From NCBI GenBank assembly GCA_965153355.1, contig OZ231126.1, positions 25,854,001 through 25,918,000 on the forward strand: a stretch of 64,000 bases of DNA. The letters run 5' to 3'. The translations under genes and the position numbers were made by a program. The stretch is from Flaccisagitta enflata. Its lineage: Eukaryota. Shown piece by piece: positions 56,310 through 64,000 of the stretch. Numbering within the stretch: the first letter of the stretch is position 1; each line of letters opens with the position of its first letter. The notes beneath the pieces were generated by a model. That model ran no database searches. It was not told the DNA's origin and worked only from the letters and a program-made list of their open reading frames with translations.

Positions 56310-56485
56310 CAGTAGGACCCCGCCTCATCAGTCCCATTGGGACCAAAGATTTTTCACCTTTATCTTAGGTTTACCTTTAAAGAGAGGTAAAATAACATTA
56401 AATACTATCATTTGGGACCTTGAAATATGGTCCTTAATTGATGGGGAACCTTTAAAGGTGGGGCTGTTATTGCGGGGTCCCACTC
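56310..56485. mobile_element. 176-bp pogo/Tigger-like MITE
   Basis: Colinear with 39968-40143, TA flanks. Confidence 0.82.
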
Positions 56486-56636
56486 TATCTACTTTTGATT
56501 GTTAATATCTGATGCTCAAGCGGAAAAGTGGGGGAACGCATGTTGCTGTTCATACCTATTTTTTGAACCAAGCCACAACGTAAAAACTAGAAAGAATTCT
56601 ATTTCCATCCATTGACATCAAATGATAAAAAACAAT

Positions 56637-56701
<65 letters not shown>

Positions 56702-57071
56702 CCCTATGACAGTGCATTTCACCCGATTGGTTGTTTTATCCGTCAAAAACTTTTTTGATGATCACCACCAACACCCCCCCACCCCGCACACGGCCGATGT
56801 AGCTGTGTATTTTTGTGTTTTACTTCGACAGTCTGAGATAGGTAATTCGAATTGCATCGGTCGGTAATACATATCGTATCATATGAAACTATCCCGCCAT
56901 TTTTCGTAAATCTTGATAGCTGCTCATCTTGGTAGCTTCTCCTCGTTTTATCCCGCCCTGTTTTGTGAATCTTGGTAATGCAGTTGAGGATAATTCTGAA
57001 AAGAGAAATCACTAGGCCCCACGATCCCTTGACCTAGGCCAGGACACTTCAAAATAGAGATACCCGACACC

Positions 57072-57238
57072 TTTTTAGTTGCGGACACGCAACTCTATAA
57101 GAGGCTTTGTCCGTCCGTCCGTCCGTCGGTCGGTCGGTCGGTCTGTCGGTCGGTGAGCACGAGTCGATAAGTGTGAAAACGCGCATATCCGCTCCTGCCC
57201 ACCCGTCCGCAACTGGTGGCCGTGTATCCGGCCTTGTT
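57072..57238 (+). mobile_element. Family-A HINE
   Basis: TTTTTAGTTGCGGACACGCAACTCTA...(GTCC/GGTC)n...GGCCGTGTATCCGGCCTTGTT. Confidence 0.78.
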
Positions 57239-57316
57239 TCTTCTTTCATTGCTTTCGCATGGCCATACATCTTTTAGTTTGTTACCAATGAACAGTCGCA
57301 TAGTCACTGTGGGTTG

Positions 57317-57415
<99 letters not shown>

Positions 57416-57516
57416 GTGTGTGTGTGTGAGCATGCGTTCGTGCGTGCATCTATATGTGTGTGCATTTGTGTGTGTGTTTGTGTGCATTTGTGTGTGTGTG
57501 TGCCTCTGTGTGTGTC

Positions 57517-57568
<52 letters not shown>

Positions 57569-58103
57569 TGTGTGTTTTGTTTGTTTTTTTTTGTGTGTGT
57601 GTACGTGCGTGTGTGTGTGTGTTTTTGAGTGTGTGTATGTGTGTGTCGCTGCTACCAATTTTGAATTTCTGATGATTTCGCAATTGCCTTTTTGAAAAAT
57701 GCGTGATAGAGCTAGTCATGTTCAAACTTGCGCACCATGCAGACTCGCCAGTTTTGCCCCAGTTACCACAATTGCCGTGTCCTCTTGTCATCGGAAATTC
57801 TACAGTGCTTAGGGAGGAGAAAAAAAAGGTACAATACTTAATTGGTATCATGCATTTTTTCGTGGAGTTTTGTCTCTCTATCTATTTCTGAGGGACTGCT
57901 ACCAAGGGGGGGGGGGGGCGCGGACATTTGGACAATTAAATGAAAGCCCCCATGTAGAGCAGCGGTGGATGGTTCTGAAAAGAGAAATCATTAGACCCCA
58001 CCACCCCAAGACCTGGGTCACTTGTGCAGATACCTGGTTTCCTTTTAGGTTTATGACCATTCATCAGTCACCTAGTCACTCGGGGTTTGGTGTGTGTGTT
58101 TGC

Positions 58104-58137
<34 letters not shown>

Positions 58138-58143
58138 GCGTGC

Positions 58144-58232
<89 letters not shown>

Positions 58233-58920
58233 CTCCACCAATTTCGAAATTCTGAAGATTTCGCGATTGCCTGGAAAACGAACAATCAAGCTGAAGTATA
58301 GTGTTCAAATATGCGCACCATGCAGACTCACCGATGCGATTTCTGTTGGGTTCTGTTTCTACCAGTGGCAATCGTGTTTTGAAAGGGCCACTCGGTCGCT
58401 CCCTAGGTTCATTCGCTCATACCACTCACCCTGCTCATTTGCTTCACAGTGCTACACTTGCTTTGCACACTCACTCTCTACATGGGCTTGCTCACTCACT
58501 TTTCTCACTCCCTCATGGGATAGTTGAAATTAATGTATGTCTCCAAGTTAAAAGTAAAACGCGTTTGACGAGAATACACGCGATTGTTCTCATGACTAGA
58601 ACCATGCCCTAAGTCGTGGACATGCGACTACAGGTGTTCGTCATTTCATCTCTATCAATCAATCAGTCAACCAATTAAATCGTGGAACATTCTTATTTCT
58701 GATTTCACCATAGATTTGTCTCCATAATTTGCTACCTCAGTTGAATTTGTTGTTTTTACGAAAATAAATTCCGCTGCTTCCATAGCACACGCCATTTCTT
58801 CCCCAACGCTCATAATCATATTGACCAATTCGTTTCAATGGCGATTGCGATCCTGAAGACGTTTCCCAGCAAAAAGGGATGATTGAGAGCATGTCAATGA
58901 CCTCAAAGTAGAATAACAGG

Positions 58921-59521
58921 TAGGTCGCCCAGAATAACTCATTTTGTTAAAAAGTACTAATCCCTGCGGCTTTATTTGAAGATTATACACGACTGAATAA
59001 GAATTCATCAGCAAAAAAATTTTTTGAAATTTTTTTATGGCGGAAGTATTAGGCCAAAGGTGATATAAGGTCAAAATTTCAAAATGAGAATTTTATAAAT
59101 ATGATTGCAGATTCACTAATCCTTAAAAAACTGTTGGTACTCTTTCTTTTATTGATATTCCTTCAGGAACATAGTCAAATAAGTCAAAAGATCTAGAATC
59201 AGGTCAGAGGTAGCATTTTGTATAGAATTGGCGCTGGCTAGATCTTTGACCTCAATTTGACAATCTTCCCGAAGGAATATCAAAAAAAGAAGAGCACTTT
59301 CTTCAGACAGTTTTTTGCAAGGATCATGAATCTGCAATCAGATTTGCAAAATTCTCATTTTGAAATTTTGACCTTATATCACCTTTGACCTAACACTTCC
59401 GCCATGTGAAAATTTCAAAAAAAAAATTTTCTGCTGAAATCTTATTCTTTGGTGTATTATCTTTGAGAAAAGCTGCAGGGATGAGTATTTTTCAGTAAAA
59501 TAAGTTTTTCTGGGAGGTCTA
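58921..59521. mobile_element. ~600-bp foldback MITE
   Basis: ~200-bp inverted arms (e.g. AAAGGTGATATAAGGTCAAAATTTCAAAATGAGAATTTT at ~59056 vs its complement at ~59348-59386). Confidence 0.8.
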
Positions 59522-59861
59522 ATAACAGGACTGTTAACATTCCGGTTAGTTATATCTTTGTCGCTTGGTCCGTCCGTCTGTTTTTAGATGCATTCGTCAG
59601 CAACGCATCTCTACAAGACGGTCTTTCTGTCGGTCCGTCGTTCTGTCGTTCCATCAGGCTGTAACGCCTGTGCAAAAAACACATTTCTAAGCTGTCTTTG
59701 TCCACGGTGAGCTCCTAAACTGAATCAAATGATCGACAAATGTGTTTTGAGAAGAGTATCTGTTTGTCCATCTGTCTCTCCATATATGTTCATATATACA
59801 GTATATACATGCATCGTTGCTCGATCGGTCTTGTTATGTATGTGTTTTTACCTTTGTATCT

Positions 59862-60125
<264 letters not shown>

Positions 60126-61662
60126 CACCTCTTTTCCGTTATCTTTTTTATGTGGATGCACCTCTGCAATAGATTTATGTATCAAGCGGCTCGTTGTTTG
60201 TTTTCACGTAGGAGATGGCTGCGTATTGGTGTCTGTTGCCGAAAGTCGTCCATCCGCATTTTACGATTAGTTAGAAAACTTTATTTTCTTCTAGTTTTGA
60301 CCATAAATAAAAAAAAAACAGATATTATTTAGTTCATGAATTAAAAAAAAAAAGCGATACGTTGAGTGTTTCACGTAACAGAGTAAATGTAAGCCAGTTT
60401 TTCTTACACGGTTTTTCATCAATCTGCGCAACGTCGCACTTACATCGCTATCCTATTACTACTGAATGCCTCACATTATGACCGCCATAATTAACCTAAT
60501 TTTTCAAAGTGCGAAGTGGGGGTATATGACCACACAGTATTGTACCTTGGTTGAGTGTGAGTAACATGATATATTCAAAGGATCCCACTTCGCACTTTGA
60601 AAGAATTTAGAAAACTTAAATTCAAGAAGGAAGTTGGCAATGGGGTGCCACTACCCTGGCTTGATGTGGGATGCGCCTAGGACCAACATACTACACTTAT
60701 ATTTTTTGACTCTGTCCCCTTAAAAACGTATGATGGCTTAAAATTTTCAAAAACAATTTCGCCTTATGTAAATCTTAAAAAACATTAATAAAACTCATGA
60801 ATTTTAATATAATCAAAATAATACTTTATTATTTCTAATCTAAAAACTATAGATATCCTCAGATTTTATTGCTTAGCATCAGTTTCAACATCATAAATGT
60901 AGTTCGTATAATTTAATGATGGTAAATTATAAGGTTTCTTATCATTTATTTAGTATTTTGAAGTAAGAACGCTTCAAGAATATTGAAGGCTTCATTTAGC
61001 CAAAAGACCAAAAAACTAAGAGATTAAACGTAAAATGACTTGAATTAACCTCAAATAACTTCAAATGACGTCAACAGGGAAAAAAAGCAGTGTGACGGAT
61101 CGACGGACAGAGCAGGTCATAAAGTCGTATTTCTGCTGTACGCCGCTTTCACCTGTAAGATGTCCCTTTTGTTCTGAGTAGGTAGCTCAACTGGTTCAAT
61201 TCTTTTTTTGCACCAGTAGCCTTTTGTTTCTCTCAGAACGTTTCATAAGTTAGTTGTACGTGATTTACACAAGGACGCAAAATACGTTTTAGCATACCCC
61301 CTACAGTTAATTTAGCTACAGTAGATGTTGTTTAGATTTAAAAATATGGGGGAGGTCATAACCTAAGTATCTGTATAGTCAGGGGACTGATATTTGCTAG
61401 TGTAATGTATAGACTTTAAGGGGTTGACGATGGGGTATAGCATCCCCCTATACGGCGCAATGCGATAGTTTAATAGTGGCACGTGCCATGGCACACCATC
61501 GGCACGCCTTTGGCACACCTTTGGCACGCTTTTGGCACACCTGTTAGCACCTGTTAGCACCTGTTTAATTTCATTTCTGATGTAAACTATAAACAGAGGA
61601 TTTACAGATCAGTCAAATTATTGACATCATTTTATCAATGAAGATAAAGAGAGAAATAGAGG

Positions 61663-61747
<85 letters not shown>

Positions 61748-62259
61748 ACACACACACACACACACACAGAGAAAGAGAGAGAGGGAGAGCGAGAGAGAGC
61801 GAGAGAGAGTGTGGAATATCGTTGATATTTTTGGCATTTGGCGCCTCTGTACCGCGATCTATTTCATTGTCCTCTCGTTGGCGTTGCTATTCATTTGCTT
61901 GTGGTGATATACTTGATTCTCTGGATGCATTCTTTCTTTCAGTTAATCAGTGTATTTTAACAAGCAATTCAACCTGGAAGCACTTTGGGGACTACAGTGG
62001 AACCTGTGGTGAGTGTACTTGGCTACATTTGTTGACAATTGACTTGAATTGATTGAGGTAGTTACTGATGATACACACTAGCTAGTTAGTTGGTAGACAT
62101 TAACCAATCCTTCCCCCCTCTCTCTTCTGTTTCTCCCTCTTTCTCTTCCTGTATATAATAGTTTAAATACACTTTCTTACCTAGTGATTAGAGATAGCAT
62201 CCACAGACTGACGTTGGAACCAGCGCCACCGGAAGTGGCGTTATCGGCGTGATTGGCGT

Positions 62260-63540
<1,281 letters not shown>

Positions 63541-64000
63541 GATCACTCGCTTACGGGGCTAGTCAGAGCGAGGATGACGGAATGGAAAGTTTAAGAGAGA
63601 AAAGAAGATATTTTGAGTTACTTAAGTCAACCTTAGAGTCTTTGCTTTAAGCATGGTGGACTATTTACATAGCCTCAATGATTTTAGCATTTGGCAACTG
63701 TTGCTTGTGTACTATTTACATAGACTTTAGCAGTTGTTGATCACTCTTTTGCTTGACTTACTATAGGTAATATGCCGGTTGCTCTTATGATTTTCACAGG
63801 TTTTGAATATATTTTTAAGGTTTTTCAAAAATCTAGTTTTCTAGTTTTCATTTTAGTTAAATTTTCAATTTCAAGTTTTGAATTTTAAGTTTCAAATTCT
63901 AAGTTTTTAAGTCTTAAAGTTTTGAAAAGAAGTAAGTTTTTGGATTTTTAAAATTTTTTTTTTTTTTTTTAAATTTTGATATCTTTTAAAATAGTTTTAA

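Overview
This is eukaryotic (animal, invertebrate-like) repeat-rich DNA, and no recognisable host protein-coding gene is present. Nearly all ORFs in the supplied track are translated microsatellites. The dominant structure is a giant inverted duplication: arm 1 spans 1 to ~15,898 and probably runs off the window, and arm 2 spans ~31,700 to 47,561, around a ~15.8 kb spacer. The inner ~8 kb of the arms is almost identical. The outer ~7.6 kb is clearly diverged and carries arm-specific transposon insertions whose empty sites are visible in the other arm (a Tc1 derivative, TA-MITEs, a hAT MITE, a Helentron-type HINE, and a LINE with a nested MITE). A second ~1.3 kb inverted duplication links the spacer (24.4-25.7 kb) to 62.3-63.5 kb. 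The spacer holds a phase-compatible three-exon orphan gene or pseudogene (Cys cluster plus a very acidic tail) that the ORF track misses as a unit. It is bracketed by GTCAAC/GTTGAC motif arrays, including a 4.3 kb higher-order 12-bp satellite. The rest is a dense mosaic of HINE/DINE-1-like elements, foldback MITEs, a Mutator-like element with a 9-bp TSD, minisatellites and (GA)n/(CA)n tracts. Alignments were done by eye, and the palindrome could be an assembly of two haplotypes.
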